Assembly (NCBI GenBank): GCA_033549025.1
Contig: JAWSUS010000001.1
Coordinates: 139,685-203,684 of the forward strand
Reading direction: 5' to 3'
Source of the DNA: Desulfuromonadales bacterium
GTDB lineage: Bacteria > Desulfobacterota > Desulfuromonadia > Desulfuromonadales > SZUA-540
Length of the DNA stretch: 64,000 nucleotides
Made by a program: the position numbers and the translations under genes. Below the pieces are notes generated by a model. It had not been told where the DNA came from. It saw nothing but the letters and a program-made list of their open reading frames with translations, and searched no databases. Of this stretch, positions 1-7,646 are shown one piece after another. The stretch's first letter is position 1, and every line of letters starts with the position of its first letter.

Positions 1-247
1 GGTGGAGGTTCTCAAGCTGGCCGTCTCGCTCGGCAACTAGATGGTGGAGGTTCTCAAGCTGACCATCTCGCTCGGCAACCAAATGGTGGAGGTTCTCAAG
101 CTGGCCGTCTCGCTCAACAACCAGATGGTGGAGGTTCTCAAGCTGGCCGTCTCGCTCGGCAACCAGATGGTGGAGGTTCTCAAGCTGGCCGTCTCGCTCG
201 GCAACTAGATGGTGGAGGTTCTCAAGCTGACCATCTCGCTCGGCAAC
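1..247. repeat. 42-bp coding tandem repeat, about 6 copies visible, truncated by the window edge
   Basis: The unit ggtggaggttctcaagctggccgtctcgctcggcaactagat recurs at 1, 43, 85, 127, 169 and 211 with few substitutions; on the minus strand it encodes LVAERDGQLENLHH. Confidence 0.97.
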
Positions 248-997
248 AGCCAAATTAATTTCATCAATACCTTTTTTTAATGACTCAATCTCAAACCGCT
301 CAGATTGCCTCATGCCCAAGGCGGCAAAGTAGTCTTTTATGGTTTGTTGCACAGGCGATAGAGGCTGGAGCCATTCAGCCTCTATCGCCCCCCCCCCCCC
401 CTTTGTCTGCAAAATACCAAGACCATGGGAATGCATAAACTCAAGATGATTAGAATATTTTTTCTTTAGCTCTTCCCACAATTTCCAAACACCGAAACCA
501 CGTTCTCTGACATTAACATCATGAAAAAGAACGACTGCTCCGGGCGAAAGCTTGGGCACCCATGTCTCAAAGTCATGCCTAACAGCTTCATAAGTGTGCA
601 AGCCGTCGATATGCAGTAAGTCAATAGAACCATCTGAGAAGTAGTCAACAGCTTCATCGAAGGTCATACGCAGTAAGCGAGAAAATTTTTCGTAATTTTC
701 ATGGTTTTGAGCATTTACCTTACGAAAAACTTCTTCATCGTAAAAACCGGCATGTTCTTCCCCTTGCCAAGTATCAACTGCATAACACTTAGTCGGCAGG
801 CCGTCTTCAACGACTGCCTGGCAAAACGCGAAATAAGAATTCCCCGAATGTGTTCCTAGTTCTACAAAAATCGTTGGGCGAAGTCGTTTAATTAACCACG
901 CCGCAAAAGGCAAGTGTCCGACCCAGGCATTGGGCTGTTCAACGGAAACCGGGGAAAACGAAGCTGCCTCGAGTAAACTGGTGTGTATATCTTCCAT
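1..997 (-). CDS. Class I SAM-dependent methyltransferase followed by a coiled-coil repeat region; putative O-polysaccharide chain-terminating protein (3' end runs off the window)
   Basis: Not in the ORF track, apparently because no stop codon falls inside the window. Manual translation from ATG 997, which abuts the wzt stop, gives MEDIHTSLLEAASFSPVSVEQPNAWVGHLPFAAWLIKRLRPTIFVELGTHSGNSY...AVDTWQGEEHAG...IDLLHIDGLHTYEAV...HSHGLGILQTKGGGGAIEAEW..., then (LVAERDGQLENLHH)n. VELG and IDGLHTY are typical Methyltransf_24-type motifs. Confidence 0.85.
   Translation of the reverse strand, partial: MEDIHTSLLEAASFSPVSVEQPNAWVGHLPFAAWLIKRLRPTIFVELGTHSGNSYFAFCQAVVEDGLPTKCYAVDTWQGEEHAGFYDEEVFRKVNAQNHENYEKFSRLLRMTFDEAVDYFSDGSIDLLHIDGLHTYEAVRHDFETWVPKLSPGAVVLFHDVNVRERGFGVWKLWEELKKKYSNHLEFMHSHGLGILQTKGGGGAIEAEWLQPLSPVQQTIKDYFAALGMRQSERFEIESLKKGIDEINLAVAERDGQLENLHHLVAERDGQLENLHHLVAERDGQLENLHHLVVERDGQLENLHHLVAERDGQLENLHHLVAERDGQLENLH
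354..389. repeat. Perfect 14-bp inverted repeat with 8-nt loop inside the CDS
   Basis: ggcgatagaggctg (354-367) and cagcctctatcgcc (376-389) are exact reverse complements. Confidence 0.95.
388..401 (-). repeat. G14 homopolymer (C14 on plus strand), currently in frame
   Basis: 14 consecutive C at 388-401; the minus strand reads AAG GGG GGG GGG GGG GCG (K-G-G-G-G-A). Confidence 0.95.
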
Positions 998-2353
998 CTA
1001 ATTATCCTCTATGCAAAGCCTGATGGCCCTCATGGGTATACCAATGAGACCCCCGGCGACACTGGTTGACTCTGATTTAAAAAATACAGCGTCGTGAATC
1101 CAGTGATGCTGAACATGGACATCTTGCGTACCATTGGCTATGGCTACAGTTATTGAATAATCACCCGCAGCGAGCCTCGGCATTTGAAAGGAGAATTCTG
1201 CCTTCAAATAGTGGCCAGCATTGCAAATAACGGGCGAATCCAGATAACTCAAAAAAGTATTATCTCCAAATAAATTTTGCCCGAGTTTATCTTTAATGTA
1301 AAAACCAACTATTGGTGAATCCAAGGACTGTTGCGCCAGAACTTCTACTTGCAATACCACTTCTTCCCCACCGACTATCCAAGCAAGGGGATTACCATTC
1401 CTGTCCAACAACCTGACATCCGAAATTTGCGCGGCACCTTGTCCAAATGAAGGAGCTTCGGGATCGAAATCAAATATTTGGATATCATTACGCAGGTTGC
1501 TCGCGTTGATGAAATCCTGGCGTTGGTCCTTGACCGGTCCTGAAGTATTGCTTTTAGCCACCTTTATCCGTGTGGTCGTTGTTTTACCCTGCTTCGCTTC
1601 ATAAAAAGCCTCAAGGTAGCTTTCACACACATCCTTGGCCACCCCCTCTTGCAGCACATTTCCCTTTTCAAGCCAGATGGCCCGGCTGCACAGGTTTCGC
1701 ACTGAACCGGTATCATGACTGACGAAGAGAACCGTGCCGGTTTTCATGAATTTACGAAGATAGCGCATGCATTTCTGCGTAAAGAAAGCGTCACCTACTG
1801 CCAATGCCTCGTCAATCACGAGAATGTCCGCATCCACATGGGCAATGACCGCGAATGCCAATCGCACCATCATGCCGCTGGAGTAGGTTTTAACGGGTTG
1901 CTCTATAAAATCACCAATATCGGCAAAATTGACGATATCTTGAAACCGTGCGTCTATCTCATTCTTGGTCAGCCCCAGAACCGATGCATTCATGTAAACA
2001 TTTTCACGGCCACTGAATTCAGGATTGAAACCGGAACCGAGCTCCAACAAAGCGGCGATACGCCCACTGGTTTGAATCGTGCCAGTGGTCGGCGTCAAAG
2101 TGCCGCAAATCATCTGTAGCAAGGTGGACTTCCCACTGCCGTTACGACCAATGATCCCGATCGTTTCACCTCGGCGAACCTCAAACGACACATCCCTGAG
2201 AGCCCAGAATTCGTGGTGATACCTCCGGGGTGTGAGACCGACGGACCGCTGAAATCGAGGGAGGACAAACTGTTTTAGCCGATCCCGCGGTGTATCGTAG
2301 ATTTGATAACACTTGCTGAGATTTTCGACTTTGATAGCGATATCAGAGGACAT
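998..2353 (-). CDS. wzt: O-antigen ABC transporter ATP-binding protein with C-terminal carbohydrate-binding-type extension
   Basis: GRNGSGKST Walker A, YSSGM signature, ILVIDEALAVGD Walker B, and about 190 extra C-terminal residues; start taken at MSSDIAIK. Confidence 0.93.
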   Translation of the reverse strand: MSSDIAIKVENLSKCYQIYDTPRDRLKQFVLPRFQRSVGLTPRRYHHEFWALRDVSFEVRRGETIGIIGRNGSGKSTLLQMICGTLTPTTGTIQTSGRIAALLELGSGFNPEFSGRENVYMNASVLGLTKNEIDARFQDIVNFADIGDFIEQPVKTYSSGMMVRLAFAVIAHVDADILVIDEALAVGDAFFTQKCMRYLRKFMKTGTVLFVSHDTGSVRNLCSRAIWLEKGNVLQEGVAKDVCESYLEAFYEAKQGKTTTTRIKVAKSNTSGPVKDQRQDFINASNLRNDIQIFDFDPEAPSFGQGAAQISDVRLLDRNGNPLAWIVGGEEVVLQVEVLAQQSLDSPIVGFYIKDKLGQNLFGDNTFLSYLDSPVICNAGHYLKAEFSFQMPRLAAGDYSITVAIANGTQDVHVQHHWIHDAVFFKSESTSVAGGLIGIPMRAIRLCIEDN

Positions 2354-3161
2354 CGGCGAACCCCTTCCGTGTCTTCTGGAACCAGGCAAAACCAAGCCAG
2401 GCGAAAAATCCGTAAGCCAACAAAGACAATCCTAAGCCTTGCCAGTCAGGAAACTGGCCCAAAATTAAAACCTTTCGAACTTGCTCGATTATAAAAGTCA
2501 AGGGGTTGAGAAACAGGTACCCGCGGATCGATTCGGGCAAAGCCGAGGCAGGGAAGAAAATAGGGCTCAGAAACATTAAAGCTGTTGTGAGGATGCCGAC
2601 GGTCTGACCGACATCGCGTAAAAAAACGCCTAAAGAAGCCAGGAGCCAGGCAAAACCCAGAGTCAACGCAAACAGTGGGAGAAGAACCACCGGCAGCAAT
2701 AAAGCAGATAAAGGAAAAACCTGATTAACCATGCCATTAAAAGCAAGGAGTACGATTACGCTAACCAAAGCATGGAATAGAGATGAACCGATGGCTATAA
2801 CCGGAAGAACCTCCAGCGGGAAAACCACCTTTTTGACATAACTGACATTACTCAAAATCAAACTTGGCGCTCGATTAACCACCTCGGAAAAGAGATTGAA
2901 GACAATCAGGCCGGCGAAAAGAATAATAGCAAATTCGGTCTTGCTATCGGAGTGGCTGGCCCCCCATTTGGCCTTAAAAACCACACTGAAAACAAATGTG
3001 TAAATTGCCAGCATGAAGATCGGGTTAAAGAAAGACCAGAACAAGCCGAGAATGGATCCGCGATAACGGCCCATTACCTCGCGTTTGGTCATCTGCCAGG
3101 TCAGGTGGCGATTGCGCACCAGGGTGCGAATAAAGCTCAAGGGATTAACAGAATGATGCAT
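2343..3161 (-). CDS. wzm: O-antigen ABC transporter permease
   Basis: RYRGSILGLFWSFFNP, VKKVVFPLEVLP and LNPLT motifs; hydrophobic; adjacent to wzt. Confidence 0.93.
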   Translation of the reverse strand: MHHSVNPLSFIRTLVRNRHLTWQMTKREVMGRYRGSILGLFWSFFNPIFMLAIYTFVFSVVFKAKWGASHSDSKTEFAIILFAGLIVFNLFSEVVNRAPSLILSNVSYVKKVVFPLEVLPVIAIGSSLFHALVSVIVLLAFNGMVNQVFPLSALLLPVVLLPLFALTLGFAWLLASLGVFLRDVGQTVGILTTALMFLSPIFFPASALPESIRGYLFLNPLTFIIEQVRKVLILGQFPDWQGLGLSLLAYGFFAWLGFAWFQKTRKGFADVL

Positions 3162-3166
3162 CAGGG

Positions 3167-3715
3167 TTACTCAAAAACTTCAGCGTCGGCAAAACACTTG
3201 GCCAGACGATCCTTGTCGGAGAGCTGGGGTAGTTCGGGATAAGGCCAGGTGATATTGATATCGGGATCATCCCAGACAATGCCCCGATCATATTCAGGCG
3301 CGTAGTAGTTTGTTGTTTTATAAAGAAACTCGGCATGTTGGCTGAGCACCAAAAAGCCATGGGCAAACCCTTCGGGGATCCAGAACTGGCGTTTATTCTC
3401 AGCGCTGAGATGCACCCCGACCCATTTACCGAAGGTCGGTGAGTGTTGGCGAATATCCACCGCCACGTCGAAGACTTCCCCCACCACACAGCGCACAAGC
3501 TTGGCCTGCGCCATCGGCGGCAACTGGTAATGCAGACCGCGCAGAACCCCTTTCACAGAGCGGGAGTGATTATCCTGCACGAAAATTGTCTTCAACCCTG
3601 TTGCTTCTTCCCAAATCTTCTGGTTGAAGCTTTCATAGAAAAAACCCCGTTCGTCACCGAAGACTTTGGGTTCAAGGATTAAGACGTCGGGGATTTCTGT
3701 TTGGATTACGTTCAT
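3167..3715 (-). CDS. rfbC: dTDP-4-dehydrorhamnose 3,5-epimerase
   Basis: FGDERGFFYESF, QDNHSRS, VLRGLHYQ and GFAHGF motifs. Confidence 0.96.
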   Translation of the reverse strand: MNVIQTEIPDVLILEPKVFGDERGFFYESFNQKIWEEATGLKTIFVQDNHSRSVKGVLRGLHYQLPPMAQAKLVRCVVGEVFDVAVDIRQHSPTFGKWVGVHLSAENKRQFWIPEGFAHGFLVLSQHAEFLYKTTNYYAPEYDRGIVWDDPDINITWPYPELPQLSDKDRLAKCFADAEVFE

Positions 3716-4594
3716 TTAAAACCCATCCTCGATAATCCTCTCCAGGTACTCCCGATAACTCGACTTGGGGGTTTGGGCAATGACTTTTTCCATTGCTGCG
3801 TGCGTCAAAAAACCTTTCTTGAACGCGACTTCTTCAAGGCAGGCAATCTTCAAACCCTGCCTCGCCTCCAGGGTGCCGATGAAATGGCTGGCTTCGAGCA
3901 GGCTCATGTGGGTGCCGGTGTCGAGCCAGGCAATGCCGCGCTCAAGGCGTTCGACACGCAGTTCGCCGCGGTTGAGATACTCGACATTGACGTCTGTAAT
4001 CTCCAGCTCCCCACGGGCCGAAGGTTTCATCTGCTTGGTGATTTCGACGACCTTGTTGTCATACAGGTAGAGTCCGGGCACGGCATAATGGGATTTAGGC
4101 TTGGCCGGTTTTTCTTCGATACCGATGGCCTTGCCGTCTTTGTCGAACTCAACCACGCCGTAGCGCTCTGGATCGTGTACGGGGTAACCAAAGACTTTGG
4201 CGCCGCCATTGAATTCAGAGAAAATCTTCGTCAGTCCCATTTTGCCGTAGAAAATATTGTCTCCCAAAATCAGGCTGACGGCATCCTTGCCGATAAATTT
4301 TTCACCCACCAGAAAAGCTTGGGCGATCCCTTTGGGCTCAGGCTGCACGGCATAGCTCAGGCGGACACCAAAACGGCTTCCGTCCCCAAGCAAGGCCTCA
4401 AAACGAGGAGTATCCTGGGGAGTCGAGATGATGAGAATATCCTGCACCCCCGCCCGCATCAGGGTGGACAGAGGATAATAGATCATCGGCTTGTCATAGA
4501 CAGGCTGCAGTTGCTTGCTAGCCACTAACGTCAGCGGGTAGAGACGCGTACCGGCCCCACCGGCGAGTACGATACCTTTTTTTATTCCAGTCAC
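3716..4594 (-). CDS. rfbA: Glucose-1-phosphate thymidylyltransferase
   Basis: [36 protein letters not shown] and WLDTGT motifs; GTG start with AGGAGG upstream. Confidence 0.96.
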   Translation of the reverse strand: MTGIKKGIVLAGGAGTRLYPLTLVASKQLQPVYDKPMIYYPLSTLMRAGVQDILIISTPQDTPRFEALLGDGSRFGVRLSYAVQPEPKGIAQAFLVGEKFIGKDAVSLILGDNIFYGKMGLTKIFSEFNGGAKVFGYPVHDPERYGVVEFDKDGKAIGIEEKPAKPKSHYAVPGLYLYDNKVVEITKQMKPSARGELEITDVNVEYLNRGELRVERLERGIAWLDTGTHMSLLEASHFIGTLEARQGLKIACLEEVAFKKGFLTHAAMEKVIAQTPKSSYREYLERIIEDGF

Positions 4595-4617
4595 TAGAAC
4601 CTCCTGAAAATATTATT

Positions 4618-4701
4618 ACAGGGATGAAGGGGATTCAGGGGATGGATTCAAAACCCAAATCAAGACCCTGATTTTATCCTGTTCATCCCTTTTATCGCTG
4701 T
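4618..4701. repeat. Intergenic imperfect palindrome with 9-nt internal periodicity (REP-like)
   Basis: The left arm acagggatgaaggggattcaggggat (4618-4643) matches the reverse complement of the right arm atcctgttcatcccttttatcgctgt (4676-4701) at 19 of 26 positions. Confidence 0.7.
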
Positions 4702-4708
4702 TAAACGC

Positions 4709-5677
4709 CTATGTTCTATTGTCAAAATATTTGCGCAAACTCCGCTTCCACTCGGGCACCTTCGTACCGGTAGTCCTCTTGTACTTCTCCTTCGACAAAA
4801 CCGAATAGCTGGGCCGTTTGGCCGGAACGGGGAATTCCTCAGTTCGCAGTGGCTTGATCGTTTTGGCCTTGAGGCCCGCGCCTCTTTCGCGCAACTGGGT
4901 GACGATCTCGCAGGCGAAGTCGTACCAGGTGCATTCACCTTCGTTGGAAAAATGGTAAAGGCCGTAGGGGTTCTGAGGCGTAAGGGGTGAGGGGTGAGGG
5001 GTTGCCTCCAAAGCCAAAAGACGAATGATCGCCTCGGCCAGATCGCCAGTGAATGTGGGGGTGCCGTGCTGATCGGCGACAATACCCAGTTCTTCACGTT
5101 CGGCAGCAAGGCGGGCGATGGTTTCGACAAAGTTCGGGCCGCCGGGGCCGTAGAGCCAGCTGGTGCGAACGATATAATAGCGCTCCAGAGGGCTGTCTAT
5201 AATAGCCACCTCTCCTTCGAGTTTGGAGCGACCGTAGACGGACTGAGGGCCGACAGCGTCATCCTCTGTGTAAGGAGTAGTCTTGTCGCCGGCGAAAACG
5301 AAGTCGGTGGATATGTGCACCAGCACCGCACCGACTTGGTGCGCCGCTTCAGCCAGATTCCCCGGCCCTTGGCCGTTAACCTTGAATGCCGTCTCCTGCT
5401 CCGATTCACAGAGATCTACTTTGGTAAAGGCGGCGCAGTTGATGATCACATCGGGTCGAAGCTGAGCCATGACCTCCCGAACCTGCGCCGCACCGGTGAT
5501 ATCAAACTCCGGCAGATCGAAGGCGTGAATTTCCCAGGAGGCAGGAAAAACTCGTTTCAGCATCGTGGCCAGCATGCCGTTGGAACCAATGAGGGCGATG
5601 GTGCGGTTAGCATCTTCTCCTAGTAATCTGTGCTCCTTCACCCGTGATGAGTTTCCTATTGTCCTATTTTTGCTCAT
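4709..5677 (-). CDS. rfbD: dTDP-4-dehydrorhamnose reductase
   Basis: IALIGSNGML, INCAAFTKVD, HISTDFVF, YGRSKLEGE, VRTSWLYG and PAKRPSYSVL motifs; start uncertain, ATG 5677 chosen. Confidence 0.92.
   Translation of the reverse strand: MSKNRTIGNSSRVKEHRLLGEDANRTIALIGSNGMLATMLKRVFPASWEIHAFDLPEFDITGAAQVREVMAQLRPDVIINCAAFTKVDLCESEQETAFKVNGQGPGNLAEAAHQVGAVLVHISTDFVFAGDKTTPYTEDDAVGPQSVYGRSKLEGEVAIIDSPLERYYIVRTSWLYGPGGPNFVETIARLAAEREELGIVADQHGTPTFTGDLAEAIIRLLALEATPHPSPLTPQNPYGLYHFSNEGECTWYDFACEIVTQLRERGAGLKAKTIKPLRTEEFPVPAKRPSYSVLSKEKYKRTTGTKVPEWKRSLRKYFDNRT
4974..5001. repeat. Four tandem heptamers (TGAGGGG-like) inside rfbD
   Basis: tgaggcg taagggg tgagggg tgagggg; read in frame as TPHPSPLTP. Confidence 0.85.
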
Positions 5678-5711
5678 ATATCTTCTGTTTTCCTTTGAGG
5701 CAACTCCAAAC

Positions 5712-6767
5712 TCAAGCCTTAACTCCAAGCCTCTCCCGCTGATAAGAACCATCTTGTACGCGACGGCACCATTCAGAATTTTCCAGATACCATTCAACCG
5801 TTTTACGAATGCCGGATTCGAAAGTTTCTTCAGGCTTCCACCCCAGTTCGCACTGGATCTTGCTGGCGTCAATGGCGTAGCGCAGGTCGTGGCCGGGGCG
5901 GTCCTGAACGAAGGTGATGAGGGATTCGTATTGCACAGTGGCAGAAGGAGACAACTCCTCGAGCAGGGCGCAGATCGTTCGCACCACTTCAATGTTCTGC
6001 TTTTCGTTGTGACCACCGATGTTGTAGGTCTCCCCGATTTTACCTTCGGTCACCACCTTGTAAAGGGCCCGGGCATGGTCATCGACATAGAGCCAGTCGC
6101 GCACCTGATTGCCTTTGCCATAGACAGGGAGCGGTTTGCCATCAAGAGCGTTGAGGATCATCAAGGGGATGAGCTTTTCCGGGAAGTGATAGGGGCCGTA
6201 ATTGTTGGAGCAGTTGGTGATGACGGTCGGAAATCCATAGGTACGGCGCCAGGCACGCACCAAGTGATCAGAGCTGGCTTTGCTGGCGCTGTAGGGGGAA
6301 CTAGGTGAATAAGGGGTCTGTTCGGTAAAGAGATCTTCCGGCCCTTCCAGATCGCCGTAGACTTCATCAGTAGATATATGATGAAAACGAAATGCGGCCT
6401 TGCGGGGCGCATCCAGACTCTGCCAATAGGACCGTGCCGCTTCAAGTAGTGTATAGGTACCGACAATATTGGTTTCGATAAAAGTGGCGGGGCCATCGAT
6501 GGAACGGTCGACGTGGCTTTCGGCCGCTAGGTGCATCACGGCGTCGGGCTGATGCTGGGCAAAAGCGCGGTCGAGTTCGCCACGGTTGCATATATCGACT
6601 TGCTCAAAGGCATAGCGATCGCTGCTGCTGACAGAAACCAGGGATTCCAGATTCCCCGCATAGGTCAGCTTATCGACATTGATAACGGAGTCGCCCGTAT
6701 TCTGAATGATATGACGGATAACCGCCGAGCCGATAAAGCCGGCCCCGCCGGTAACGAGCAGTTTCAT
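5712..6767 (-). CDS. rfbB: dTDP-glucose 4,6-dehydratase
   Basis: [39 protein letters not shown] and YSASKA motifs. Confidence 0.97.
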   Translation of the reverse strand: MKLLVTGGAGFIGSAVIRHIIQNTGDSVINVDKLTYAGNLESLVSVSSSDRYAFEQVDICNRGELDRAFAQHQPDAVMHLAAESHVDRSIDGPATFIETNIVGTYTLLEAARSYWQSLDAPRKAAFRFHHISTDEVYGDLEGPEDLFTEQTPYSPSSPYSASKASSDHLVRAWRRTYGFPTVITNCSNNYGPYHFPEKLIPLMILNALDGKPLPVYGKGNQVRDWLYVDDHARALYKVVTEGKIGETYNIGGHNEKQNIEVVRTICALLEELSPSATVQYESLITFVQDRPGHDLRYAIDASKIQCELGWKPEETFESGIRKTVEWYLENSEWCRRVQDGSYQRERLGVKA

Positions 6768-6953
6768 GGATTCACCTCATTTTTTGAATAATGCTGCCTT
6801 CATGTCCGGTGGAGTTTTGTATACAGCAATTCATGCAAATATGCAAATTGAGCACTTTCAAGAGACAACTGGTGAATATTATGGATTTTCTAAAAGGGAC
6901 TGGGCCAAGGCCTTGCGTACAAACTACCGTAAAACCGGAAAGCCGACGTCTCT

Positions 6954-7565
6954 CTATGACTCCTCACGCCCCAAGACATACCAAGCAGCAGCCAGCAGGT
7001 CATCCGCTACATCATCCGCCACTTCCCCGGCTCCCTTTTGCAACTCCTCTTCGCCATATCCCGTGCGCACCAGAATAGTATAACAACCTGCGGTCCGGCC
7101 TGCTTCGAGGTCGGCACGTTTATCACCGATCATGATAGAAGCGGGCAGATCGATATTCCAGTCCTTTGTCGCCTGCAGCAGCATTCCCGGTTTGCCCTTG
7201 CGGCAATCACAGTCGCCCCCCCCTTCCCCCTTGCCATAGTCGGGATGATGAGGGCAAAGATAGAACGCATCGATACCGGTGCCATGCCGGGCAAGTTCTT
7301 TTTGCAAATGAGCATGGAGCCTGTTGACGTCGTCTTCAGTGAAATAGCCGCGAGCGACACCCGACTGGTTGGTCACCACTACGACGAGAAATCCGGCTTC
7401 CTTCAAACGCTGGATGGCCTCAATGGCGCCGGGGATAAACTCGAAATCTTCTATGCGGTGGAGATAATCCTTCTCGACATTGATAGTGCCGTCACGGTCG
7501 AGAAAGACCGCCCGGTGGGCGAATTTTTCGGTGAGTGGTGATGGGTGAGGTGTGCGGCGGGTCAT
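6954..7565 (-). CDS. gmhB: D-glycero-D-manno-heptose 1,7-bisphosphate phosphatase
   Basis: FLDRDGTIN, TNQSGVARG, CPHHP...CDCRKGKPGM and IGDK motifs. Confidence 0.93.
   Translation of the reverse strand: MTRRTPHPSPLTEKFAHRAVFLDRDGTINVEKDYLHRIEDFEFIPGAIEAIQRLKEAGFLVVVVTNQSGVARGYFTEDDVNRLHAHLQKELARHGTGIDAFYLCPHHPDYGKGEGGGDCDCRKGKPGMLLQATKDWNIDLPASIMIGDKRADLEAGRTAGCYTILVRTGYGEEELQKGAGEVADDVADDLLAAAWYVLGREES
7532..7559. repeat. Four degenerate heptamers at the 5' end of gmhB
   Basis: tgagtgg tgatggg tgaggtg tgcggcg; encodes RRTPHPSPLT. Confidence 0.7.
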
Positions 7566-7646
7566 TTTGGCAGCCTTTACTGCAGGGAATCCATCAGACA
7601 GCCTGAAAGCATGAAATTTTCTTCATTTTTCAAAGAAGTAGACTCC

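Noticed and set aside
1..247. Regular repeats at the window start as a CRISPR array for the orphan Cas6
   Set aside because: The units are contiguous with no unique spacers, are a multiple of 3 long, and translate as an in-frame coiled coil.
466..657. 63-aa ORF from the ORF track
   Set aside because: It is an alternative frame inside the methyltransferase gene that starts at 997.
5611..5621. AGGAG plus an out-of-frame ATG near the rfbD Rossmann motif, suggesting a frameshifted start
   Set aside because: The SD-to-ATG spacing is only 3 nt, and an in-frame ATG at 5677 gives an uninterrupted gene.
6920..6931. ops/JUMPstart-like CGGTAGnnTG upstream of rfbB
   Set aside because: It lacks the leading GG of GGCGGTAG, no RfaH-like gene is in the window, and a similar GCGGTAG occurs upstream of maf, so it is more likely a -10 region or chance.
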